Notes under the pieces: model-generated
Seen by the model: only the letters and a program-made list of their open reading frames with translations
The model's database searches: none
Told to the model about the DNA's origin: nothing
Translations under genes and position numbers: made by a program
Assembly (NCBI GenBank): GCA_044892525.1
Contig: CM097885.1
Span: 17,610,001 to 17,674,000 of the forward strand
Source of the DNA: Schmidtea polychroa
Lineage: Eukaryota
Direction: 5' to 3'
DNA: 64,000 nucleotides
Shown here: in pieces, positions 12,804 through 24,900 of the stretch
Position numbering within the stretch: position 1 is the stretch's first letter
Layout: each line of letters opens with the position of its first letter

Positions 12804-13430
12804 CTAGCCCCCTGAAGGGAACCATGCTCTGCTACCATGTTCATGTTTAAATTCAAGATCACGAATAATAATTTTATTTTTGAATAATAACAATTTGTCC
12901 ATGTCAATACCATAAGATAATGCCATCATTGAACAACCTAATGGTCGCATCTCAGTTGATTGGGTAGAAAGCTGCTTAATATCCGCAATAGAACGACATA
13001 TTATGTCGCAAGGCATTTCATATCCATGTTTATATCTAAATCGACCTGCTTCCATTTGTGCACGACATACTTGAGATCGATAATCAGGGATCATACCAGT
13101 CATAACACCTCCAGTACTTTCAGTAATATTAAACAATCTTGTAGCTGAACTCTTCTCAATCATTTTATCTGGAACCTTTCTTTGTGTAGCTACTACATCA
13201 GAATTATTGCATCGAATACCCACGGAAATCCGTCCACCAAATAAATTTAATATTAGTTGGCCAAAAACACCATTAAAGTTATCAGGATCTCTTGGGATCA
13301 TAAAAATGGAACCATCAGTTTCGTTGGTAGTATTTCCAATTTCCATTGAGTTATCAGATTCATAAATTTCTTCATTAAAAGCAGCCATCATTAACAACTC
13401 TTTCCTTAAATCGAAACATAACTCATCCAA
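12804..13430 (-). CDS. Second copy of the PSMA6-fragment chimeric ORF (5' LTR, reading through the PBS)
   Basis: Same protein as 8932-9528 except one K/R change and the C-terminus. Confidence 0.85.
   Translation of the reverse strand: MDELCFDLRKELLMMAAFNEEIYESDNSMEIGNTTNETDGSIFMIPRDPDNFNGVFGQLILNLFGGRISVGIRCNNSDVVATQRKVPDKMIEKSSATRLFNITESTGGVMTGMIPDYRSQVCRAQMEAGRFRYKHGYEMPCDIICRSIADIKQLSTQSTEMRPLGCSMMALSYGIDMDKLLLFKNKIIIRDLEFKHEHGSRAWFPSGG
12820..12837 (-). promoter_or_regulatory. Primer binding site complementary to initiator tRNA-Met
   Basis: TGGTAGCAGAGCATGGTT directly follows the 5' LTR on the minus strand. Confidence 0.85.
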
Positions 13431-13586
13431 TACAATCGATCGATAAAAATCTAAATCTAAAAATTAAATTACAACCAAACTAATTAATAAATATTGCCAT
13501 ACTTCTTGCTCGCGTCTGTGTGCGCACACAAACCCATCACACAATACAACGCGCACACAAACGCGCATTGAGCTCATAATTCACCA
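12838..13586 (-). repeat. 5' LTR (749 bp)
   Basis: Matches 8936-9777 apart from a few substitutions and a 93 bp repeat-unit indel. Confidence 0.92.
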
Positions 13587-13733
<147 letters not shown>

Positions 13734-13802
13734 TAAATAATCAAAAAAACGTGGCAATGATTTAATAATACAGAAACGCCAACTCAATAAATTCAACATA
13801 AA

Positions 13803-13841
13803 CGCGATATATTTCAATTGTACAACAATCTTCGTCAGGCA
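13803..13841 (-). ncRNA. Minimal type I hammerhead ribozyme (Penelope-associated)
   Basis: Minus strand reads TGC CTGACGA A GATTGT TGT ACAATT GAAA TATAT C GCG: core boxes, stem II hairpin and palindromic stem III. Confidence 0.65.
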
Positions 13842-14137
13842 GCAATCTGGATAATCAATAATAAGACATAAAATATGCAATATCTAAACAAATTAACTAA
13901 TAATAATCATCTCCAAACTGTATCAAAAATTTTAAAAAAATACAAAAAAAAATATTTAAAAAAAAAACCAAACCATATTTTACATGGCCCCACATACATA
14001 TTATTTTAAAAATGAAATTTTAATTTAATAACATTCAACATTCAACATAAAATTAACAAATTTAAAAAAAATTACATAGTTTACAAAACACAAACATAAT
14101 TATACCACAAACACGACTCCCAACCTTCAACCTTCAA

Positions 14138-14470
14138 TTACTTAAACACATTCAAAATCTCCGTGGAACGGGCAACTTGATCATTTATTTTTGGATTTAA
14201 ATATCTAATCAACAATGCCTCACAAGTTACTCGTTCCCAATAATTACTTAAACCTTTTGAAATAATTTTAAAATCAGAGATACCTATTTTTTTACTGACA
14301 CATTTCCTAACATGATTACTAATATTAGTCAATCCTTTTGGTCGACAGTGTTCAAGAACTCGGGTGCAGAGATGACGGGCAGTCTCTCCAATGTATGTGG
14401 CATTACACCCATTACATGAAAATTGATACACGAGCTCAGAACACAAACCAATTGGCGTTGGACATTTACT
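14138..14470 (-). pseudogene. GIY-YIG endonuclease domain of Penelope-like element
   Basis: LVYQFSCNGCNATYIGETARHLCTRVLEH...EALLI...PKIN. Confidence 0.9.
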
Positions 14471-14845
14471 AGTATGCGTACGTCTGAATCTGAGGTACCT
14501 ATTGATCCTGAGGAAAGTAGTATGTTAAATTCGGAAAGTGACAAGAATCGATCCAATCGCATGGAGCCGAAATATGTGTTAGTATTGCCTTATTCTGAGG
14601 GTTTCAGAGAATTTAAACATAAAATTCTCAAATATGTAGACAAGGATCAATTCAGGATTGTTTCCACTTCTTGCAAAGTTAGCAGTATGTTTACTAGTAA
14701 ATCCCAGAGAAATGTATTGATAATTCGAAAATCCAGATTCTGGTTTCATTGTAAATTAAGTTTGGGATTATTGCAACATCTCGATCTTTGAGAATATCAT
14801 ACATTTGCGGGTAATAAAAATACAATCTTTCCAGTATTATTGCAA

Positions 14846-15265
14846 AGTAGTGAGAAGTGAGGAGTATAAACCAAGCCAAAAATGCAGTATTACGTAATAT
14901 CTGTATGGGTACCATGGGGGTGGTTTGGTGTTACATAATTTTGTAAAATTACGTAATCACACATAAAATGACGTAATTATATTTTTTGATTACGTTATAA
15001 TTGATTTTTTAAATTTACGTCATAATTGACCCCCCATGTAATAATTGACCTTTGACCTCTTACATAATAATTAACCTTTGACCTCTTATATAATAATTAT
15101 ACTTCATTAGAGTAGTGAGGAGTATAAACCAAGCCAAATATCCCTGGAAAAAATTCAATACATTTTGATAGAGTAGTGAGAAGTGAGGAGTATAAACCAA
15201 GCCAAATATACAGTATTACGTAATATTTGTATGGGTACCTTGGGGGGTGGTATGGTGTTAATAAT
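14846..15265 (+). repeat. Three direct copies of an AGTAGTG-starting sequence (probable Polinton-type terminus remnants)
   Basis: AGTAGTGAG(AAGTGAG)GAGTATAAACCAAGCCAAA at ~14846, 15111 and 15172. Confidence 0.55.
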
Positions 15266-15503
15266 AATTATCTGTAAATATTATCTGTAAATAATAATAA
15301 TATGATAAATACAATTAATATTAAAATTTACCATAATGTTCATGTTCTTTCATGGCTGCTATAGCTGAACTTTGAATATTGTACATGGTTTAAAAATGAT
15401 AACTAAACCCAAAACATTTTGTTATAAATAATCATCAGCCAATTAGATTTCGACCAATCAGAATCATGCATTTCAATGGCATTGAATTTGCAATGATAAA
15501 TAA

Positions 15504-15968
15504 TTAATTAAGTGATAATAAAAAATCTAAAAATTCTTTTCCTTCAATTATTGATTTAATTTCAGATATGATATTATCAACTATACATTTGTAATCAATA
15601 TTTTTTATTCCAAGAATTACTATCTTACCGCTAGCTAATATATTTACACACATAGGGTTATATTTTATATATCTCAAAGCTGGAAATAATTCTGGTTCGT
15701 AAAAGCATGGTATTAATTTAGCCAATTTATTTAAATTACAAGAAAAACCTATATCGGAAGTTACGGTTATCGATTGTATTTCTAAATCATAAACATTATA
15801 TTCACTAGCTTTGATTATTTCCTTACACCCCATAATTCTATATTTACCAGTTTTGAAATATATTATTGGATATTTTTTACTTCTATTGATAAGTTGTTGC
15901 GGTTTCCCCATTGGAAATACCATTTTTGATACATCAGCTTTTGCCCTGTAATTTATATTTGAAAGCAT
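15504..15968 (-). CDS. TATA-binding protein-like protein
   Basis: YEPELFPALRY and NILASGKIVILG match the second TBP repeat. IYFKTGKYRIMG looks like a degenerate first repeat. Confidence 0.82.
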   Translation of the reverse strand: MLSNINYRAKADVSKMVFPMGKPQQLINRSKKYPIIYFKTGKYRIMGCKEIIKASEYNVYDLEIQSITVTSDIGFSCNLNKLAKLIPCFYEPELFPALRYIKYNPMCVNILASGKIVILGIKNIDYKCIVDNIISEIKSIIEGKEFLDFLLSLN

Positions 15969-16076
15969 TTTAATGAAATAATTATAAAAACTCTGTTATA
16001 TATATATAGTTATTTTAAAACGGAGTTCATTTAAATTATCAATATAAACAATAATTATATAGTTTAAATTTAAAAA

Positions 16077-16715
16077 ATGGAATTACGAAATGATGCAGTA
16101 TACCAAATCGTTGGTCCAAGTGGTAGCGGAAAAACATTATTTGTTTGTAAAGTACTAAAATCAAATTTGTTCAAAACAAAATTCAACAATATTTATTGGC
16201 ATAGGGGCGCCGATGAAGAACACGAATTGGCGCAATCAAGTCTCTGTCAGTTGAAAAACATGAAAATAGTAAAGGGTTATGATAAAAACTGGTCAAGTCG
16301 TTTGAAAAAAGATGATGTCATCATTATCGGTGATTTGTATCAAGAAGCCAATAAAGAAACGGATTTTAATAATTTATTCACAAAAATCAGCATACATGTT
16401 GGAGTAACAGTTATTTTCATAACACAAAATCTATTTCATCAAGGTGGTGCACATCGAACACGTAATTCAAATGTACAATATTTAGTTATTTTCAAGAATC
16501 CTAGAGATGCAACTGTCATTGATTTTCTTGGACGACAAACATACCCTAATAACCGTAATTTTCTTATCAATGCATTTCAAGATGCTACGAAAATACCTCA
16601 TGGGTATATATTTTTCGATTTCACACAACAATGTCCTGATGATATACGGGTAAAAACAGATATTTTCAACCCAAAAGGTGCCATGGTTTATAAACAAAGT
16701 TCAAAACAAATTTGA
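16077..16715 (+). CDS. FtsK/A32-like genome packaging ATPase (outer Polinton)
   Basis: Walker A GPSGSGKT, a degenerate Walker B (IIIGD), ITQNLF and VIFKNPRD. Confidence 0.92.
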   Translation: MELRNDAVYQIVGPSGSGKTLFVCKVLKSNLFKTKFNNIYWHRGADEEHELAQSSLCQLKNMKIVKGYDKNWSSRLKKDDVIIIGDLYQEANKETDFNNLFTKISIHVGVTVIFITQNLFHQGGAHRTRNSNVQYLVIFKNPRDATVIDFLGRQTYPNNRNFLINAFQDATKIPHGYIFFDFTQQCPDDIRVKTDIFNPKGAMVYKQSSKQI

Positions 16716-16728
16716 AAACATATAAATA

Positions 16729-17223
16729 ATGTTTTCAAAAACAAGGATATCGAGTAAAAAACAACCAAAGGTTCCACCAACAACTAGTTATACTCCATCG
16801 AAAGAACTTATTACAGAAAATTTTGCTGCAATGAATCTTATTTCGAAAAATCCTAAACCTAAACCTAAAAGTAAAACCACTAAGAAAGTAAAAGTTGTTA
16901 AAAATCATCGGAGTTTCCCGTTTTTCAATACATTGTTAAAGGCAACAAGTATGAAAAGAAACAGTATTTTGCAATCATTTCAAAATTATGTTGTCGATGA
17001 TTTACTCGATATTATACTTAAAGTAGTCAAAGGCAAGATTAAAATCAGTAAATCTAAAAAGCAATTATTGAGTAAACATAGGAAACCTTTGCTATCATTA
17101 GTAAATAATAAAAATCGTCAACAAATGAGAAAAATTATATATAAACAACAAAGGGGATTTATCGGTGCATTGATACCTTTAGCAATAGCATTATTAGGTG
17201 GAATAATAGGAAGTCAATCATAA
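16729..17223 (+). CDS. Basic Polinton virion/core protein
   Basis: K-rich, ending in QQRGFIGALIPLAIALLGG (QxGGF-like site plus amphipathic tail), and located between ATPase and integrase. Confidence 0.65.
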   Translation: MFSKTRISSKKQPKVPPTTSYTPSKELITENFAAMNLISKNPKPKPKSKTTKKVKVVKNHRSFPFFNTLLKATSMKRNSILQSFQNYVVDDLLDIILKVVKGKIKISKSKKQLLSKHRKPLLSLVNNKNRQQMRKIIYKQQRGFIGALIPLAIALLGGIIGSQS

Positions 17224-17284
17224 ACAATGGGTGTTAATCCTTCATTACCAGACATTAAATTTAATATTAAATCTTCTTACTGTA

Positions 17285-18423
<1,139 letters not shown>

Positions 18424-19192
18424 ATTTATATCCTTTTTTTCCAAGTAATAGTTGCCCGCTTATTCATCCGGATAATCAAGCCAGTAAATTCATGGTCAAT
18501 CTCCAGAATCCGATTTCTTTAAATGGTGACTGAGAAGTTGCACTGCAAGATTTTACATTCGTGTACAATACATTCCCATTTTATAGTCAATGTAAGATTG
18601 ATTTCAAAAGGAATGCTATGAAAACATGTAGTGGTATCTTTATTATCAGTAATTATGATAAAACATATCATATTCCGAATCAAATATTAGATCCGCATTG
18701 CTCTATGTTTTACAAGGATGGATTAAATATCAGTTGTGATTTTAAACCATTTACAATAACATTCGAAACTATTGAAGATGCCAAACGATTGGGTTGCAAT
18801 AAGTTGAAAAATGAAGTTATGGAAACAGAATACTTATTACGCTTTGATCTATTTGAAGCAAAGTGTAATGAAAGAAGAAATCAAAATATCAGTGTCGTAT
18901 AATAATGAAGTTGAAGAATCATTCACCTTTGCTGACGAATTATATATTGATAAACTTGATGTGTTACTTAAATATTTAAAGTACAATTGTTCACACATAT
19001 TTAAAAGTTTGGACATTGTGAAAGATTTAAATGTAACTTAAAGTTTGAATGATGACATTTGTGAGGTTACATTTGATAAAAATTTGACAAATACACTTGG
19101 ATTAGAGAAGCAGCAATATCGGGAAAAATCGGCTGGTATACGTAAACCAAGAATACTTGAACATCATCAACAAATGTTCATATATACTAATA

Positions 19193-20228
19193 CAGTAGAT
19201 TTCGCTTATAGAGAACTTGCTTAAAGAGAACAAAATCGGTTAAAGAGAATTTTTTGGTTTAAAAACGGCATTTACCCCAATTTTTCAGTGTAAATGTTCT
19301 CTTTAACCGATGATCGGTTAAAGAGAACAATTTTTTATTTTGGGTTTATTTTTTTCGAAATACAGTTTATTTTAGACAGTAAACATATAATTTAATTATT
19401 TTTGTTTTAAAAAGGTAATTGATTAAATGGTAACCTGATTAAAGGTTATTTGATTAATTGAAAATATTATTTTACTTAAAAATTTTAGGCCATAATGAAA
19501 TCAAGTTCTAGGACAATTCTAACACTCAAACAGAAATTTGAAATCATAGCACTTTTTGAGAAAGGAGAAAGCCAAGCATCATTGGCCAGAAAATATAAAA
19601 TATCACCTTCATCAATATCAAACATTTGTCACAAGAAAAGGGAAAAAATACTTGAGGCCTACAGTTCCAGGCCTTCGTCAACCAAGAAACTGAAACAATC
19701 TTTTCATGATGATTTAGATATTCAGTTAAGGCATTGGTATTTGCTGCAACGATCCAAAAAGATTCCCATTAACAGTGTATTACTTATTGAAAAAGCTGAT
19801 CAAATTGCCAAATACCTAAAGATTCAAGATTTTACTTGCACAATGAGTTGGATCCAACGTTTTAAAACTCGGCATTCTCTTGTTTTCGGATCTATTTCTG
19901 GAGAAGCTGGTGATGTAAATAATGAGTTGGTGGCGTCGTGGCTTAAAAATGAGTGGCCGGAAATTAGGAAAGGTTATGGTAACAAAGATATTTTTAACTG
20001 GCCATTTACAAGAAAGTTTAATAGCAATTGAATCAGATTTGGAGAAGATTTTACTCAAGAAAAAAACCAGGCAACGGAAAATAACTGAGTTTATTTTCAA
20101 AAAATAAATGTGTTATGTAGTTAGTAAAATTTTTTGAATATTTTTAAAATTATCCTTATTAAAAAGTATCGGTTATAGAGAACATTTTTTCAAGTCCAAA
20201 AAATGTTCTCTTTAAGCGGTATCTACTG
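19193..20228 (+). mobile_element. Internally deleted Tigger/pogo (Tc1-mariner superfamily) element
   Basis: TA TSD. TIRs are CAGTAGATTTCGCTTATAGAGAAC / GTTCTCTTTAAGCGGTATCTACTG. Confidence 0.92.
19495..20107 (+). pseudogene. Tigger transposase remnant (CENP-B-type HTH domains; DDE domain deleted)
   Basis: LTLKQKFEII, WIQRFKTRH, GEAG and DIFN followed by a break. The C-terminal RQRKITEFIFK is retained. Confidence 0.88.
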
Positions 20229-20663
20229 TATTATTGAGCCTATAATTGTTGGCGATTCAAGTGTTCCTCTATTGAAATCGGTGTGGATTGGAAAATATGA
20301 ACATGGTGAAGTTGTCAATATAAATATAGATAATCCCATGTATTTATCAATTTCAAGCTCATGTATAAACAATATAGAAATAAATATTCGTGACGATAGT
20401 GGAAAACTTATAAACTTCCCAAAAGACTCAAAAACTCATTTGACACTACATTTTCGTAAAGTAGATGGCTAATTCTGATATTATTAGTATGTATAGTGAT
20501 AGCCAATCTGGCGGTGAATTACCATATTTTATTGGTAAACAGTACGGATCAGGTTGGTTAAAAACAATAGGGAGATTTGCACTTCCTATTATTAAACGTA
20601 TTGGTAGTTTTGGCATGAAAACTTCTAAAGACGTGATTATGAATGAACACAAAATATTACCAT

Positions 20664-21888
20664 AGTAGATGGATAGGGCATCGCTAGATCAGGGGCCCGC
20701 TAGATCACATACCCCCCCCCCGGACGGAAAATTTTTAAAAAATTTTCTAAGTCTAAAAGTACATTTTTTTCAAGGTCAAATTTTAAACAAAGACATATGA
20801 CTCATCAAGGTCATTTAAACAAAGACCATGACTCATCAAGGTCATTTCAAGGTCATTTAAACAAAGACCATGACTCATCAAGGTCATTTCAAGGTCATTT
20901 CAGGGTCGCGTGACTCATCCAAGGTCATTCCCAAGGTCATATGACTCATTGTGATGACTCATCAAGGTCATATTATTATTTTTAAAAAATATTATTTTAT
21001 TATTATTATTCAAAATATTATTAGTGATCTAGCGGGCCCCTGGTTTTCGTTTGCCCAAATGTTTTCGTTCCAATCATCGATAGCTTATAGCTTTTATCGA
21101 TAGCTTATTTTGAAGCTTAGTGCAAGACCTTTCGAATGAGCTATTGAAGGTATCATCATCATTAATATTGACAAAGTTATTAACGTTTTCCCGAGATCAT
21201 TTTCAAGGTCATTTGACTATTTTATTATTATTTTTCAAAATATTATTTTTTCAAGGTCATATTATTATTTTTCAAAATATTATTTTTTCAAGGTCATTTT
21301 TTTTTCAAGGTCATTTTTTTTCGAGGTCATATTTTAAATTTTAAATTTACAGAGTTGCCGTCAACAAATATTATTCAACGATAGCTCATTTTAAAGCTCG
21401 ATCCAAGACCTTTCGATTGAGCCATAGAAGGTATCATCATCATTAATATTGACAAAGTTATTAACATTTTACCAAAAATCATTTTCAAGGACATATAATT
21501 ATTCAAAATATTATTAGTGTTCTGGCGGGCTCATGGTTTTCGTTTGCCTAAATGTTATCGTTCCCATTATCCGAATTTATTAATCGATAGCTTAATTTAA
21601 AGCCCAGTGCAAGATCTATCTACTGATATATAAATATTATTATTATCATTATTATAGGCAAAATTATTAACGTTTTCCCGAGATCATTTTCAAGGTCATT
21701 TGACTATTTTATTATTATTTTTCAAAATATTATTTTTTCAAGGTCATAGTATTATTTTTCAAAATATTATTTTTCAAAGTCATTTATTATTTTCAAGGTC
21801 ATTTATTATTTTCAAGGTCATTTATTTTTTTCAAGGTCATTTATTTTTTCAAGGTCATTTATTTTCTCAAGGTCATTTATTTTCTAAG

Positions 21889-21943
<55 letters not shown>

Positions 21944-24900
21944 CTATATACTCTGAGTTTATCCGACAAAATATTCTGTCCCCCTATGGGTAATGCTCAC
22001 AAGGGTACTGATCACCAGGGTACTGCTCACACTCGACAAGTCACATGGGTATTGTTCACAAAGTTACTGGTAAAAATATTCAAGACAAAACTTTAACAAA
22101 GAAATTATACTTTAAATATACACTAAAATTTATTACCACATTCACATTCATCATCTCCACAGTTCATAACATTTTCAACAACATGATCTATACAATGTTT
22201 ACTGATTGTTGTTATATAGTTGTAGGTTGATAATGCTTAGTACCTGGTTGTTGTCGGTTGTAAGTACTTAGTATCTAGTTGTTAGCTGGTTGTTGGTATC
22301 TAGTATCTAGTAAATGGGTAGGTGGGGGTTGAGTGTTAGCAATACCCTTACGACCAGTACCCTTAGGGGGTCAAAACATCCTGTCGGATAAACTCAGAGT
22401 ATATATAATAAAACTGATCAACAATAAGTATTTATTGAATGCGATTTTTACATTGCAATAATAAGTCAGTAGTAATCAATTTAAAGAAGAATGTTTTGTA
22501 AATTAGAATTCTATAGTCTTTCATTTTAATTTAAATTATCATCAATCCCACGTAGTGATGAGTTGACAATTATTCATTTTTTGATGAAAATCCTCATTTT
22601 TGTTAAATTTAGACATTTTGAAAAGGTTTTTCTACTGATTGTAATTAAACATATTTTGAAGACAGATAAAAAATTAATTTAAAAATCATTTCATAAAATA
22701 CAATGAAGAATATTTAGTTGATTGTAAGTAGTTAGTTGTAAGTATCTGGTTGTTTGAGAGTTAGTTAGTACGAGGTATCATGTTGAAAGTATTTGGTATC
22801 TAGCTGTTTGTTAGAAATACATTGTTGTAAGTATTTGATTGTAAGTATCTGGTTGACCTTTTAAATTTTGACTTAAACATATTTGATTGTAATAATTTAC
22901 AAACAAATAATGTTTTCCCACATCCCTTGGATCAATAATTTGATATACTGTATCATTTCTCAATTCCATTTTAATTAATTTAATCTATTAATATTATTTA
23001 TATTTGTTTTAATTAATTGTTATACATGAATAAAAAATATTCAAATATAATTACTTTATTAATGCTTAGCAATATAAAGTATTATTTTTATTATTATTTT
23101 TATTAATATTATTTTATTATCATTATTATCATTATTATTATTTGTAAAATTTGCATCTAAATTTTCTTTAAAAACTATTTCATTAAAATTTTCATTTCTC
23201 AAAACCTGACTATCATTCAAACTTTTTTATAATAGATTAAAAATTATTACTTTAATTAAAAATTTATGTCCATAATTTACTTTAATTTAATTATTACTAT
23301 CAATTCTCATTCTCTTTCTAAATTTATTAGTTAGTTTTAAAATTTACCCTTTTCATTTACTATTATTTTTATTAGTAGTGGTTAATTGAAATCTGTCTTT
23401 GAAATTAATTTAATATAAATTTGTATTTAATTTTGACTTGGAAAATTATTTCATAAAAATTTTACACTGATTGAAAATAAGCTAACGAAAAAACTGAACG
23501 ATGTTAAGAGAAGGTATTTAACTTGTTCAATTTGTAAAGAAAATCAAGTTTCGGTTTTGTATTTACCGTGTGGTCACGTAATTGTTTGTTCTAAGTGTCA
23601 CGAGAAGAATGTTCACAATTGTCAAGCCTGTTCAACACTGATTAATGAATATCATACTATATACATGTAAGTTCTCAATACAAATCAATACAATATCAAA
23701 GTCAAATGAATTATTACCATACATAATGATGGTACTATAATGTAGAAAATTTTCAAACATTGAATAATATGAAATAATCTTGGTAATTAAATATATTGGG
23801 CGCAACTAACAAATGGTGATGATATATTCTTAGGACAATTCTGTGACTATTTTAGGAACTAATTAACAATTTATATTGAGGAGAACATTTAACAAATTCA
23901 TAGAGATTTTATATACTTTTCTGCGAAATATCATTTGGAGATATTAATTAGTAAATTCTTTAGCAAGAAACATGTTTATTTCACATTCAGCAAAATTATA
24001 TTCAATTTATGCATGTTTGATAGAAAAACATGATTATTTTAGAAATCAATTCATAGGTATATTAAAAGCAAGATCATTTAAGTCTTAAATTTTAAGATAT
24101 CATTCAGTAAATGAATTCTTAGATAATATAGTATTTTTGAGTATTTTTTAGTTAATTTTTAAAATAACAGTATTTTGATGTATCAATAAAGACAATTTGG
24201 GTAGCATATTGCAAGTTCTTATATATACTCCGAGTTTATCCGACAAGATATTCTGTCCCCCTAAGGGTATTGCTAGCAAGGGTACTGCTCACATTCAACA
24301 TGTCGCAAGGGTATATTAATTAGTAAATTAAGGTACATGTATATCAGTTAGAAATTACTAGGTAATTTAGTGAGATGATCAGAAATTCGTGAATATTTGA
24401 AATGTAACTTTACACTTATGTTGAGCGATTAATTTATTGGTTAATTTTTTAGACATTTAAAGCAAAAGGTAATTTATTCATCTAATGTTCGTTACAATAG
24501 TTAATATAATTTATATAACTTCGTGAGAAATACATAGTCTAATAACAACAACATTCAACAATTCATTTGGAGTAAATTTCTGTCTTTGTTCGAGGCAAAA
24601 ATATTTAAAGGAGTCAGAGTCATAATAGATCATTTGGTTATCATTTAACCAAATAAGGTGCTCATTAGTTAGAAATACATGTTCAATTCTTTTTTAATTT
24701 AATATTTAGCAAAGGTAATTTAGCACAATATCATTTATCCACCTGATAACAATATTCCTTCAATAGATTAACTGATATTCAACTTATGTAATTTCTGGAA
24801 ATATAATTAAAATCATAAATTTCCTTCATGAAAGTTAAATTTTCTTTAGTTGTCGATGTTCAAATCTTTTAAGTCAATATTTTTGTTACCGTTACTTCAT

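Larger units (their letters stand above)
8936..13586 (-). mobile_element. Non-autonomous BEL/Pao-type LTR retrotransposon
   Basis: Two TG...CA LTRs (8936-9777, 12838-13586), a PBS, a PPT, a 5 bp ATTAT TSD inside an (ATT)n tract and a Pao-type gag. No pol was found. Confidence 0.92.

Noticed and set aside
8932..13430. Two host proteasome alpha genes flanking a host ubiquitin gene
   Set aside because: The alpha sequences lack both termini and lie inside LTRs with PBS, PPT and TSD, and the ubiquitin is fused to Gag.
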